Virus record (IMG/VR): IMGVR_UViG_3300027736_000035
Location: 20,994-84,993 of that record
Source of the DNA: a virus
Reading direction: 5' to 3' (one strand)
DNA length: 64,000 nt
In this document: positions 39,986-49,678 of the stretch, one piece after another
How the letters are laid out: the number at the start of each line of letters is the position of its first letter
Position numbering within the stretch: position 1 is the stretch's first letter
Notes under the pieces: model-generated
Database searches by the model: none
The model's input: the letters and a program-made list of their open reading frames with translations, nothing else
Told to the model about the DNA's origin: nothing
Translations under genes and position numbers: made by a program

Positions 39986-41216
39986 TTTGGTACGTGCTAC
40001 TGAACTTACAAACCGCGAGCAATTTTTACTTGCCGAATCAAAAACTTTTTGTATCTATCCTTGGATACATCTGCATGCTTACCCCACCGGAGAAGCATAT
40101 CCTTGTTGCCATGCAGAAATGAAATATCCAGTGGGCAATTGCAGAACCAATACTTTAAGTGAAATTTGGCAAGATAAACCCATGCAAAAACTACGGTCAG
40201 ACATGCTGAATGAAACTGCCAATCCTGCGTGCGGACGCTGTTATGAACAAGAACAATCAGGATTTTTTAGTGGCCGTAAAAGTGCCAACAAGCATCACGG
40301 ACACCATGTTAAAAAATTAGAACAAAATCCTTTTGAAATGACATATTGGGATATACGATTCTCAAATCTTTGCAATTTAAAATGCCGTAGTTGTGGCCAC
40401 ATATTTTCAAGCCAATGGTATCAAGATCAAGCCAAACTAGCAGGCGGCGACTGGAAAGCTCGTAATCCTGTGTTGAACTATGCAGGCCGTACAGAAACTG
40501 ACATGTGGGAACAATTGTTACCTCATATAGATTATGTTGAACAGATCTATTTTGCCGGCGGCGAGCCATTGCTGATGGAAGAACATTATCGCATCTTAGA
40601 TGAATTGGTTCGCAGAAAGAGATTTGATGTGCGGTTGATATACAACACCAATTTTACTCATACTGATTTAAAAGGTCAGAGTGTATTCAATTATTGGAAA
40701 CAATTTGACAGTGTGGCAGTGGGTGCCAGCCTGGATGGATCTGCACATTACGGTGAATACATACGCAAAGGCACAGACTGGCAGAAGGTTGAACAAAATA
40801 GAATTGAAATGTTAAATATCTGTCCAGACGTGGATTTTTACATCAGCCCCACACTCAGCATAATGAATGCATGGCATCTGCCTGACTTTCATAGAGATTG
40901 GGTAGAACGTGGATTTATCAAACCGCAAGATCTCAATGTAAACATCCTACAAGATCCTGCTCATTTAAGAATTGATATTGCTCCAATAAAATACAAACAA
41001 CGGCTACGGGTAAAGTATGAAGAACATTTAGATTGGCTGCGCGATCAAGATATATTACAACGCGCCAGCGTGGGGTTTGAATCGGCTATCAATTTTATGA
41101 TGGCCACAGATAACACACATCTCATTGATACATTCTGGCGCAAAACACACGAACTTGATGCCATAAGAAATGAATCAATCTTGGATGTAATTCCGGAATT
41201 AACAGCACTTAGGTAA
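39957..41216 (+). CDS. Radical SAM enzyme with N-terminal twitch-like domain (3)
   Basis: CNLKCRSC and AGGEP. N-terminal CIYPW..PCC..CGRCY. Confidence 0.9.
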   Translation: MTQYKYNSSDLVRATELTNREQFLLAESKTFCIYPWIHLHAYPTGEAYPCCHAEMKYPVGNCRTNTLSEIWQDKPMQKLRSDMLNETANPACGRCYEQEQSGFFSGRKSANKHHGHHVKKLEQNPFEMTYWDIRFSNLCNLKCRSCGHIFSSQWYQDQAKLAGGDWKARNPVLNYAGRTETDMWEQLLPHIDYVEQIYFAGGEPLLMEEHYRILDELVRRKRFDVRLIYNTNFTHTDLKGQSVFNYWKQFDSVAVGASLDGSAHYGEYIRKGTDWQKVEQNRIEMLNICPDVDFYISPTLSIMNAWHLPDFHRDWVERGFIKPQDLNVNILQDPAHLRIDIAPIKYKQRLRVKYEEHLDWLRDQDILQRASVGFESAINFMMATDNTHLIDTFWRKTHELDAIRNESILDVIPELTALR

Positions 41217-41881
41217 TGACTAAGTTAAATGTTGTATACACACATGGTACCGGGGGGCATTGGCTGGGACATTTGTTATGGTTAGCACAATACAGAAAAG
41301 TTCCGGTTGACCCTGCTGCTCCTAATTTTCATAATCACAAACAAACAGACCTAGTCAAGCTAAGCCACACACCTGTTGCTGATGACTGTTGGTATTTTAC
41401 CGGAAGATCTGGGTTTAATTTTTATCTGAATTTTTGGCGCAAGCACAGAAAGTTATATCAAAAGCCTTTATCATTTGTTGAGGACGTATATACACTCAGC
41501 GATGAAGCCACATGGCGCCAATCTGCAGATTATCACAAAAACTTTGTGTTGCAAATTGATATTGATTACACAAACATATTTCTTGACCCTGTAAAATTTA
41601 GGTCACAGTTCAATTGGTTATGTGAGCATGTGAAACTAGCACCGGTATCGCAGTCTTTTGTAGACGCAGCCATAATGCTATTTCAAAACAGTTGCGAGCC
41701 TCCAACTGATCATATAAGTAATTACGATAGTAGGCCTTGGCTTGCCTGGTGTCACAGCGTTTGCCTGTTAAATCAAATTGACTGCCCGGTACTGGTTGAT
41801 AATTGGCAAATTCGTAATTTTTTTCAGGCACGCGATCGTTATTTTGTCGACGCTCTACAACCATTTGTATTAAATCATTAA
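41216..41881 (+). CDS. Sulfotransferase-like / P-loop protein 2
   Basis: VVYTHGTGGHWLGHLL N-terminal loop; also LSH. Confidence 0.4.
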   Translation: MTKLNVVYTHGTGGHWLGHLLWLAQYRKVPVDPAAPNFHNHKQTDLVKLSHTPVADDCWYFTGRSGFNFYLNFWRKHRKLYQKPLSFVEDVYTLSDEATWRQSADYHKNFVLQIDIDYTNIFLDPVKFRSQFNWLCEHVKLAPVSQSFVDAAIMLFQNSCEPPTDHISNYDSRPWLAWCHSVCLLNQIDCPVLVDNWQIRNFFQARDRYFVDALQPFVLNH

Positions 41882-43093
41882 ATGAATAAACCACACGATA
41901 AATTTTGTGTACTGCCTTGGATCAGCATTGAAGCCAGTCCTGTTGGAACAGTGCGGCCCTGTTGCTTAGCCGATGACGAAATAGTAGACAACACTGGTGA
42001 AAAATTTCAATTGGCCACAGCAGACTTTGCTGACATACAAAACAGCCGTCACATGCGTGATTTACGTGAAGATTTTTTAGCAGAAAAGAAACCGCAGACA
42101 TGCCGTAAGTGTTGGAATGAAGAACGATCTGGCCGTACCAGCAAACGTATGCACACATTGGATCGTCTCAAACATGTTCTCAAAGATCAAGAATGGACCA
42201 CGGATGCTAAACCGTTAATGTTTTTGGATTTAAAATTGGGTAATATCTGCAATCTCAAATGCAGAATATGCGGATCATGGTCGAGTTCTCAATTTGCCAG
42301 TGAAGAAATCTCTTTCTTACCACGTGAAGAACAAAAAAGCAGTCATGCTTATCTGATGCTGCGTGCCGGTGCCTGGCCCAAAGAAAACACGCAGTTTTGG
42401 ACTCAGATTGATAGTGTGTTGTCCGACATACGTTATATTGAATTCACTGGCGGCGAACCTTTCATGATTGAACAACATTTTGACATGTTGCAAGGCATAG
42501 TAGATCGTGGCATTGCTGATCAAGTAGAGATACACTACAACACCAACGGCACACAATGGCCCGAGCGCGGTCCAGACATTTGGAAACATTTTAAAACAGT
42601 AGAAGTGGCATTTAGTATAGACGATGTGGGTGCTAGATTTGATTATCAACGCACCAACGCAGACTGGGCAGTGGTGTTAGACAATATCACAAGTTTTCAA
42701 TACTTGCAAGATCAAATGCCCAACTTGCGGTTACAATGTTGTTCAACAGTGAATGTGTTCAATGTGCGTTACCTTGATGAACTAGCACATTGGATAGCTC
42801 TGCAACGCTTTGACTTTGTGTACTGGAACATGATGCATGACGCCTGGTATTTTAGCATAGCCACTTTGCCCGACACTGCAAAAACACAAATTATTGCACA
42901 CTTAGAATTGGCCGATGTGCCCGATCAATACCAAGACGAATTTGAGCGCATAATAGATTTTATGCGTAACGGAGCATCCACCGACGGATTTATGACACGT
43001 ATGAAGATAGCCGATCTAGATAGAAAACGCAATCAAGATCTACGAACAGTGGCTCCTGAATTTGCACAGATAATAGAATACACAGGTCCATGA
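41882..43093 (+). CDS. Radical SAM enzyme with N-terminal twitch-like domain (4)
   Basis: CNLKCRIC and TGGEP. N-terminal CVLPW..PCC..CRKCW. Confidence 0.9.
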   Translation: MNKPHDKFCVLPWISIEASPVGTVRPCCLADDEIVDNTGEKFQLATADFADIQNSRHMRDLREDFLAEKKPQTCRKCWNEERSGRTSKRMHTLDRLKHVLKDQEWTTDAKPLMFLDLKLGNICNLKCRICGSWSSSQFASEEISFLPREEQKSSHAYLMLRAGAWPKENTQFWTQIDSVLSDIRYIEFTGGEPFMIEQHFDMLQGIVDRGIADQVEIHYNTNGTQWPERGPDIWKHFKTVEVAFSIDDVGARFDYQRTNADWAVVLDNITSFQYLQDQMPNLRLQCCSTVNVFNVRYLDELAHWIALQRFDFVYWNMMHDAWYFSIATLPDTAKTQIIAHLELADVPDQYQDEFERIIDFMRNGASTDGFMTRMKIADLDRKRNQDLRTVAPEFAQIIEYTGP

Positions 43094-44097
43094 CGGTTGT
43101 ATTAATGTTTCCGGACAATCTGATGCCTTGGCACACTCAGGTCATGCTGCAAGGATGTCCATTTGAGATTTTTGATCCAGGTATCAAGTATTCAACACCA
43201 ACTGTGTTTTTGTACAACATGTATGGCCCTTACCAGGAATATATCAAGCAACATCTTGATCAAGGACACCGAGTCATATATGATGCCAAAAATGAACACT
43301 ATGTGAATCCTGACAAACATTGGGTGCTGGACGAATTTGTGGCACATCCAGGTCAAGGAATGATTTTGATATCTGGACATGAGCCACAAACAATTGCCGG
43401 AGTAGCAATAGCAGCCACGCCTTATTGGTATTGGATAATTGACCAAACAGAGTTTAAAAAATTTGGATACGACCAGTATCGGTGGAACCCCACATACAAA
43501 TTTGATTTTTTCATGCAGATAAGCCTGCCCAGGGTTGACAGAGACGTGCTGTATGATATAATGGCACCTGTGCTGCATCGCGGATTACACAGTTATCGCA
43601 GTCGTGGAATATTTTTGCCCAATGATGTTGACACAACCGCAGTACCAGATTGGCAACGATATACTAATTTTGATTGGATTGATCAATGCAATCTCACAGT
43701 GATAGTGGAGACTAACATTGACGATGCTACCATAACTGGAACCAGTATAACAAAAAATGATCAGTGGTTCTTGTGCGAAAAGACTTATAAGCCCATTGCG
43801 TATGGCCACCCTTTTTTACAAGCAGGCACCTGCGGCAATTTAAATTATGTACGGCAGCAAGGATTTGAAACCTTTCCCGAACTATGGGATGAAAGCTACA
43901 GCAATTTGCCACACTACACTGATCGCGTGCGAGCCATACTGAGTATCCTCCAATCATTTGACCCTGCTGCATTGTCAATGCCCATTGTTCGAGAAAAATT
44001 GCAGCATAATCAAGCGAGATTTTTTGACAAAGATCTAACTGCAAAATTTCTAGCAGACACCATCACAAATCCTATCATTGAGTTTGCCAATGACTAA
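43090..44097 (+). CDS. GT10/GT-B-like glycosyltransferase paralogue 5
   Basis: VIVET...LCEKTYKPIAYGHPF..G...VRQQGFETFPELWDESY. Confidence 0.6.
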   Translation: MTVVLMFPDNLMPWHTQVMLQGCPFEIFDPGIKYSTPTVFLYNMYGPYQEYIKQHLDQGHRVIYDAKNEHYVNPDKHWVLDEFVAHPGQGMILISGHEPQTIAGVAIAATPYWYWIIDQTEFKKFGYDQYRWNPTYKFDFFMQISLPRVDRDVLYDIMAPVLHRGLHSYRSRGIFLPNDVDTTAVPDWQRYTNFDWIDQCNLTVIVETNIDDATITGTSITKNDQWFLCEKTYKPIAYGHPFLQAGTCGNLNYVRQQGFETFPELWDESYSNLPHYTDRVRAILSILQSFDPAALSMPIVREKLQHNQARFFDKDLTAKFLADTITNPIIEFAND

Positions 44098-45379
44098 ACC
44101 AGACACATTGTGCATGGCTCCATGGGTACATACGTACCTTTCGCCACAGACCGAAAGACGCATGTGCTGTGCATCAAGAGAACCTGCACAAAATTTTGAA
44201 CAATACATTGATACTGCATCAGGCTCAGGTACTTACATACCAATCACACTAGAACAGCACTGGAACAGTGATCACATGCGATCAGTCCGTCGCCGTATGA
44301 TGGCCGGAGAACAATTGTCTGAATGTGAAGTTTGCAATGATCAACTGCTGAACACCGACGTTTATCGCACATATTTTTGGCAACTTTTTAAACATAAATA
44401 TTCAGACGCAATGGCAGCCACTGGTAAAGATGGATTTTATGAACCATTGCCGGTGAGTTGGGATTATAGATTCAGTAACCTTTGCAATTTCAAATGTAGA
44501 ACCTGCGGAGATATGTTGAGCAGTGCTTGGGAGTCAGAACAAAAGACACACCGCATGGTGGACTGGAGCAATTCCAAAAACAACTGGATGCGCTCCGAAG
44601 TGCGAGAACAAATCTCTCAGTTCCAGGACAGTCAAATTGAGCAAGAGTTTAGCGATGCCGTAGAACAGCACAGAGTAGAAGAAGTGTACTGGGTGGGTGG
44701 CGAACCCTTGATGTACGAACAGCACTGGCGATACATGCAGCGCATAATAGAATTAGGGGACGGGCCACGAGTATATGCTAGATACAATACAAATTTATCA
44801 AGAGTGGATTATCGCGGGATCAACTTGTATCGCGATATTTTGTCTGGGCTTAGGGATTGGCAGATATGTGCAAGTCTCGACGGCACAGGCCCAATTGGAG
44901 AATACATTAGAACAGGCCTTGACTATGATCAATGGCTTGAAAACTTCCGTGGAGCAATTGCAATCCAACGTCACCCACGTCAAGTCAGAATTGACTTTAC
45001 GCTCACTCTGCCCGGAATGTTTGAAGTTGGCCCAATTACAGAACTCGCTGGACAACTTGACGTCGATGTCTTGGCCAAAGTAATTTTCTCATTCAGCCCT
45101 GACATTATGATGAGTCCATTAGCCTTGCCCAGGCATTTGTTGCATCCGTGGTTGGATGAATTGATTGCCAAAACATCAGGTGCCATGCAGGCAGTATTGA
45201 TGCAGTTAAAAAATCGACCCACTTTTGAAGAACAATGGCCAGATACCTATCAACAAAGTCTTGCCCAGGGCCGCGCTCGTGTGTTACAATTGGAACAGAT
45301 AAGAACACAATCTGTCACTATGACTGATATCCTATCGGCCAGACCTGCGGTATTAAAATGGTGGATGAACATTGCTTAA
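44090..45379 (+). CDS. Radical SAM enzyme with N-terminal twitch-like domain (5)
   Basis: CNFKCRTC and VGGEP. N-terminal CMAPW..MCC..CEVC. Likely start is ATG 44090. Confidence 0.9.
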   Translation: MTKPDTLCMAPWVHTYLSPQTERRMCCASREPAQNFEQYIDTASGSGTYIPITLEQHWNSDHMRSVRRRMMAGEQLSECEVCNDQLLNTDVYRTYFWQLFKHKYSDAMAATGKDGFYEPLPVSWDYRFSNLCNFKCRTCGDMLSSAWESEQKTHRMVDWSNSKNNWMRSEVREQISQFQDSQIEQEFSDAVEQHRVEEVYWVGGEPLMYEQHWRYMQRIIELGDGPRVYARYNTNLSRVDYRGINLYRDILSGLRDWQICASLDGTGPIGEYIRTGLDYDQWLENFRGAIAIQRHPRQVRIDFTLTLPGMFEVGPITELAGQLDVDVLAKVIFSFSPDIMMSPLALPRHLLHPWLDELIAKTSGAMQAVLMQLKNRPTFEEQWPDTYQQSLAQGRARVLQLEQIRTQSVTMTDILSARPAVLKWWMNIA

Positions 45380-46409
45380 TTCAATTGAACTAGATTTACG
45401 AAGTGCAGACAACAAACTGCTGACTGTGTACGTTGATGTGTACGACAATAGCCTTGCACGCAAATGGCTTGCAGCATTGACTCATCTGATTGATAACAAA
45501 TATCATTTGGAAAAAAATTATTGTTGGCTAGGCTGGGTCGAAAGTGCTCGCTCCGTGCAATATATTTGTACTCAAATCAATCGCAGCATACATGCAATCA
45601 ATGCAGCAGGCGTGGGTTATGTGATACAAGATTTTTTTACACCATCCAATACCACAACACCCGATGGAAAAATTGATCATGCACACATGAATCAACTACA
45701 TAGCTATTTTGAAGATCTGCAAGGAGTGTCCGGGGCAATGAGTCCGTATTACGACATTGCTGACAATACCACAAGATGGCACATACGTCAATTGAACTTG
45801 CTGTGTCATGAACTAGAAAGTCTGGTGTTGAGTATTCGTAAATCAAAAACAGCTCCCGAATGGCGCCGGCCATCACAGTTGATGTGTTGGTTACAATCTC
45901 CAAGATTTCTACTGGAACCAGAAGACTATGAACTGTTTGGTATTGACACAATCAATCGAGAATTAGGCGGTGTATATGCAGGAGTAAATAAAGCAGTGGG
46001 AAAACATCATTGGGAAGTTTTCAATGATGAAGGACGAGACAGTCGCGTAGGTGAACTCGCTACCAGCACACTCAGATCTCAGACTGAAGCAGCTGGCGAT
46101 TTTGATATTGAGTGGGCAAATAATCCAGGAGACTTTTCGTGGCAAATCGAGCGGCTTGGAGAATTCCGCACCTGGTTGGTAAAAAACGGATTTGATCCTG
46201 ATGATAAAACGCTGACCATCGGACACCCTAAAATCGCACAAGTGGACTTGGTTCGCAGTTTTGGTACTACAGATTACAATAAAATTTGGGAAAAAATATC
46301 AACACATCTGGATGTGTATAAAATACGAACCGGAGCAGTCGAAGCTACATACGAATATCGCTGGAGCGATGAGAATTACGATCAACAACAAATAAAGGAA
46401 TTGTCATGA
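45372..46409 (+). CDS. Hypothetical protein in the glycan island
   Basis: 345-aa ORF coupled on both sides. Contains MNQLHSYFE and LNLLCHELES motifs. Confidence 0.65.
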   Translation: MLNSIELDLRSADNKLLTVYVDVYDNSLARKWLAALTHLIDNKYHLEKNYCWLGWVESARSVQYICTQINRSIHAINAAGVGYVIQDFFTPSNTTTPDGKIDHAHMNQLHSYFEDLQGVSGAMSPYYDIADNTTRWHIRQLNLLCHELESLVLSIRKSKTAPEWRRPSQLMCWLQSPRFLLEPEDYELFGIDTINRELGGVYAGVNKAVGKHHWEVFNDEGRDSRVGELATSTLRSQTEAAGDFDIEWANNPGDFSWQIERLGEFRTWLVKNGFDPDDKTLTIGHPKIAQVDLVRSFGTTDYNKIWEKISTHLDVYKIRTGAVEATYEYRWSDENYDQQQIKELS

Positions 46410-46507
46410 ACTGGATTAAAAATTTATGGAACAGAATCACATTAGAAATTCGCTACCGTAAAAAACTACGAGAACTTCGCAAGCGCGACCCATTCATCTA
46501 CAAATGA
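46406..46507 (+). CDS. 33-aa basic peptide not in the ORF track (MNWIKNLWNRITLEIRYRKKLRELRKRDPFIYK)
   Basis: Translated by hand. ATGA overlaps at both ends, AAGGA RBS upstream, and it fills the gap exactly. Confidence 0.8.
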   Translation: MNWIKNLWNRITLEIRYRKKLRELRKRDPFIYK

Positions 46508-47985
46508 ACTATTTGGGAATATCTGCTGGGTTTCACGATGCAGCCGTCAGTGTAGTCAGTCATGACGGCAACATCTTGTTTGCTGCTCACAGCGAGCGAT
46601 ACAGCAAAACTAAACATGATAAAGATCTCTGTAGAGATCTATTATTGGATGCAATGGACTATGTAGATCCTAGCCAGATTGAGTATCACTATTACGAACG
46701 TCCCTGGGTCAAGGCCATGCGTCAATTACGCAGTGGTGAGGGTTTCAGATGGCCCACCTGGAATCGATTGCTGGGAAACTCTTACAATTTCTTAGACCAA
46801 CCTCAAATACACACTCACGCTCATCACTTGTGTCATGCAGCGGCGGGATTTCAAACAAGTCCTTTTGAAGATGCCACTGTGGTAGTGATTGATGCCATTG
46901 GAGAGTTTGACACTATCACTATCTGGGATGCCTGGTATGATTTCTCAACGGGTAAAGCTGAATACAAAAAGTTGTGGAGCATGAAGTATCCAAACAGTAT
47001 TGGCTTGTTCTATTCAGCAATGACCAAAAGAGTTGGTCTACGACCGCTTGATGAAGAATATATTCTGATGGGTATGGCAGCATATGGAAAACCCATACAT
47101 CTAAAGGATATGATAAATCAGTTGGTGGACAGCAAAGATATATTCACTTTCAAACAGAATCTACATATAGGTGTTGATGAAACTTTCTTAAAAGATGCTG
47201 ATGATTACAACATTGCCAGTACTTCTCAAGAGTTGGTAGAACACATGATCTCTAGAGTAATGGCTAAAGCTAGAATGCTAGGCTCTAGTAAAAATCTAGT
47301 ATACGGCGGTGGGGTAGCATTGAATTGTTTGGCCAACAGATTGTTAGGAAACTTTTATGAAAAAATTTGGATCATGCCCAACCCCGGTGACGCCGGCAAC
47401 AGCCTTGGCGCAGCGTGTCTGGGGTACGGTGCGAAAGTCAATTGGCGTGACTGTTTCCTGGGTCATAATATTCCTGGTGATTATCCTGTCAATTCCATTC
47501 TTGATATATTACTCACTGACAAAATTGTTGGTGTGGCTAGTGGCCGAGCGGAGTTTGGGCCGAGAGCACTAGGCAGTCGCAGCCTGCTGGCAGACCCGAG
47601 AGGCACAGAAATTAAGGATCAAGTTAATGAAATCAAACGCAGACAAAAATTTAGACCCTTTGCTCCAGTTATTTTGGAAGAGTATGTTGATCAATATTTT
47701 GATATGCCTCGCCATTGGCACAACAGTAGGTATATGCAAGTGGTCGGTCGTTGCAGGAATCCTGAGTTGTTTCCTGCTATTGTTCATCACGACGGCACTA
47801 GTCGTATACAAACTGTACCCAAGGATGGAAGCGGAATTCGACAGTTATTGGAAAAGTGGCATTTTATGACCGACTGCCCTATGCTGTTGAATACCAGTCT
47901 GAACATACGTGGCGAGCCCATGGTCAATGACCGAGCAGATGCAGATAGATTTGAACGCATGTACGGCGTCCAAGTTTGTTCATGA
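46504..47985 (+). CDS. Carbamoyltransferase, CmcH/NodU/TobZ family
   Basis: GISAGFHDAA, HHLCHAAA, IDAIGE, GGVALNC, PGDAG, EFGPRALGSRS, FRPFAP and LLNTSLN motifs. Confidence 0.92.
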   Translation: MNYLGISAGFHDAAVSVVSHDGNILFAAHSERYSKTKHDKDLCRDLLLDAMDYVDPSQIEYHYYERPWVKAMRQLRSGEGFRWPTWNRLLGNSYNFLDQPQIHTHAHHLCHAAAGFQTSPFEDATVVVIDAIGEFDTITIWDAWYDFSTGKAEYKKLWSMKYPNSIGLFYSAMTKRVGLRPLDEEYILMGMAAYGKPIHLKDMINQLVDSKDIFTFKQNLHIGVDETFLKDADDYNIASTSQELVEHMISRVMAKARMLGSSKNLVYGGGVALNCLANRLLGNFYEKIWIMPNPGDAGNSLGAACLGYGAKVNWRDCFLGHNIPGDYPVNSILDILLTDKIVGVASGRAEFGPRALGSRSLLADPRGTEIKDQVNEIKRRQKFRPFAPVILEEYVDQYFDMPRHWHNSRYMQVVGRCRNPELFPAIVHHDGTSRIQTVPKDGSGIRQLLEKWHFMTDCPMLLNTSLNIRGEPMVNDRADADRFERMYGVQVCS

Positions 47986-48650
47986 TTCACGAAATCAAAC
48001 AGCTCTGGTGCGACGAGCGATTGCTCCGGCCCTTTGCTGGTTCAAACACAATCACTCATAACTACAGTCAAGCTGATCAAGATATCTGGGTGCTGAGCAT
48101 GTTGGATGGGCTACACAACGGTACTTATCTTGACATAGGAGCTGGCTGGCCCGAGTACATAAACAACACAGCATTGTTAGAACTACAATTTGGTTGGTGT
48201 GGTGTCAGCTTGGATTACCAAGATGTTTATCCTGACATGTGGGCAGCCGCCGGCCGCAAATCATTTGTAAAAGGCAATGGACAGACAGTAGATTTTGATC
48301 AGCTGTTATCCAACATGCCATCGGTGATTGATTATCTTTCTATTGATTGTGATCCTGGATTCCGCACATTTGACATTTTACAACGTGTGCCATGGGACCG
48401 GTATAAATTTCGTTTGATCACATTTGAACATGAATGCTATGCAGAAGGGCCAGAAATCAAACATGCAAGTAGAGATTTTTTATGGTCACACGGATACGAG
48501 CTAGTGGCAAACAATATCAGTGATCAAGGCATTGCATGTGACTACGAAGATTGGTGGGCACACCCTGATCTAGTAGATTCAGATCGGCTGAGACTGTATC
48601 AATCAGTGGATGATACAGTTAAAGACTATCAACGGTATCTTTATAAGTAA
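47982..48650 (+). CDS. FkbM-like SAM-dependent methyltransferase
   Basis: YSQADQD..V...YLDIGAG..NNT..LE...GW.G, and IDYLSIDCD..ITFEH. Confidence 0.75.
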   Translation: MIHEIKQLWCDERLLRPFAGSNTITHNYSQADQDIWVLSMLDGLHNGTYLDIGAGWPEYINNTALLELQFGWCGVSLDYQDVYPDMWAAAGRKSFVKGNGQTVDFDQLLSNMPSVIDYLSIDCDPGFRTFDILQRVPWDRYKFRLITFEHECYAEGPEIKHASRDFLWSHGYELVANNISDQGIACDYEDWWAHPDLVDSDRLRLYQSVDDTVKDYQRYLYK

Positions 48651-49678
48651 GTCTCTAATCCACCGCGCCGACGAATATCTTGTGTGCAACAACTGATGCC
48701 GCCGTCCCAGAAATAGCTATGTCGTAGCTCACTAATAATTGGTTCAATCTGGTGTTTACGACAGTAGTCAAATACTTCCTTGTTGTATGCACTAAAGATA
48801 ACATGATTTTCGTCCAGCACAAGACAGTTGACATCAAACACAGTTTCAGCCACAAAGCCAGTCCACTTGGTCAGGTAGGTGTTCACAAACTCTGTAAATT
48901 CAGCAGTAGGTGTTTGTCCTTGCACATACCATGCGCCGGGTGATTGTTCGTACTTGAACTTGCCCACTTCCATAGCAGCCCAGATACTGCTGTCCCAGAT
49001 CTTGCATACATCCCACCCAGGAAAGTCTGCGGCCAGGTTTAAATTTACATCATGCTTGCTGCTCAACAATACTCCTGGTTTGAGAATAGCAAACACAGCA
49101 TCTCCATGACCGTCGGTGATTGCTTCATGCACTCGATACTCAGTGCCCAACACATTGTCTATGATCCAGCGCGATTGTTCTGGTTTGAGAAAATCACTGT
49201 TGTCAAAGAACACATCACGACCCACACGCACAATACACGATGCTGATGCTTGATTCAATATGCAGTCTGGATCCCAATGACTGCCGTGTGGATTGATCAC
49301 GCTGCCCGGTTGTGCAGTTTCGTACTCTTGGCATAAGCCATCCAATTCTTGCATTGGCAGTACACGCAGCAATCGATCGCCCAGAGTGATCTGCCAATCT
49401 CTTGGAGTCAGCGGAGGCAATGGAGCACCACCACCTTCGGTTTGATGCCATACAAAATTGTCTTTGTTGGGCAAGTCAGGCCGGCGCACACAAGCACCAA
49501 ATTGTTCTATGGTCTTGGAGAGATTGGCTAAATCTTCTTCCGTTTCGGATAAGATTTGTTGTAGTTGATTTCGAACTTGTGCGTTTTCGATAAAATCAAA
49601 ATAGTCTGGGGTGTATGCACGGCCGACGATTACTTCTTCAAGTGGTTGCCAGCTGGTATAAGAATTAATAATGTTCAT
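48641..49678 (-). CDS. Amidinotransferase (AGAT/StrB1-like)
   Basis: NSYTSWQPLEEVIVGR, PRD, RVGRD, GHGD and C-terminal RH.YFWDGGISCCTQDIRRRG. Confidence 0.85.
   Translation of the reverse strand: MNIINSYTSWQPLEEVIVGRAYTPDYFDFIENAQVRNQLQQILSETEEDLANLSKTIEQFGACVRRPDLPNKDNFVWHQTEGGGAPLPPLTPRDWQITLGDRLLRVLPMQELDGLCQEYETAQPGSVINPHGSHWDPDCILNQASASCIVRVGRDVFFDNSDFLKPEQSRWIIDNVLGTEYRVHEAITDGHGDAVFAILKPGVLLSSKHDVNLNLAADFPGWDVCKIWDSSIWAAMEVGKFKYEQSPGAWYVQGQTPTAEFTEFVNTYLTKWTGFVAETVFDVNCLVLDENHVIFSAYNKEVFDYCRKHQIEPIISELRHSYFWDGGISCCTQDIRRRGGLETYL

Noticed and set aside
33421-46507. RiPP interpretation (radical SAMs modifying the 33-aa peptide)
   Set aside because: No RRE/PqqD domain, protease or transporter was recognised. 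The context is dominated by sugar enzymes, and the peptide looks like a carbamoyltransferase accessory. Not formally excluded.
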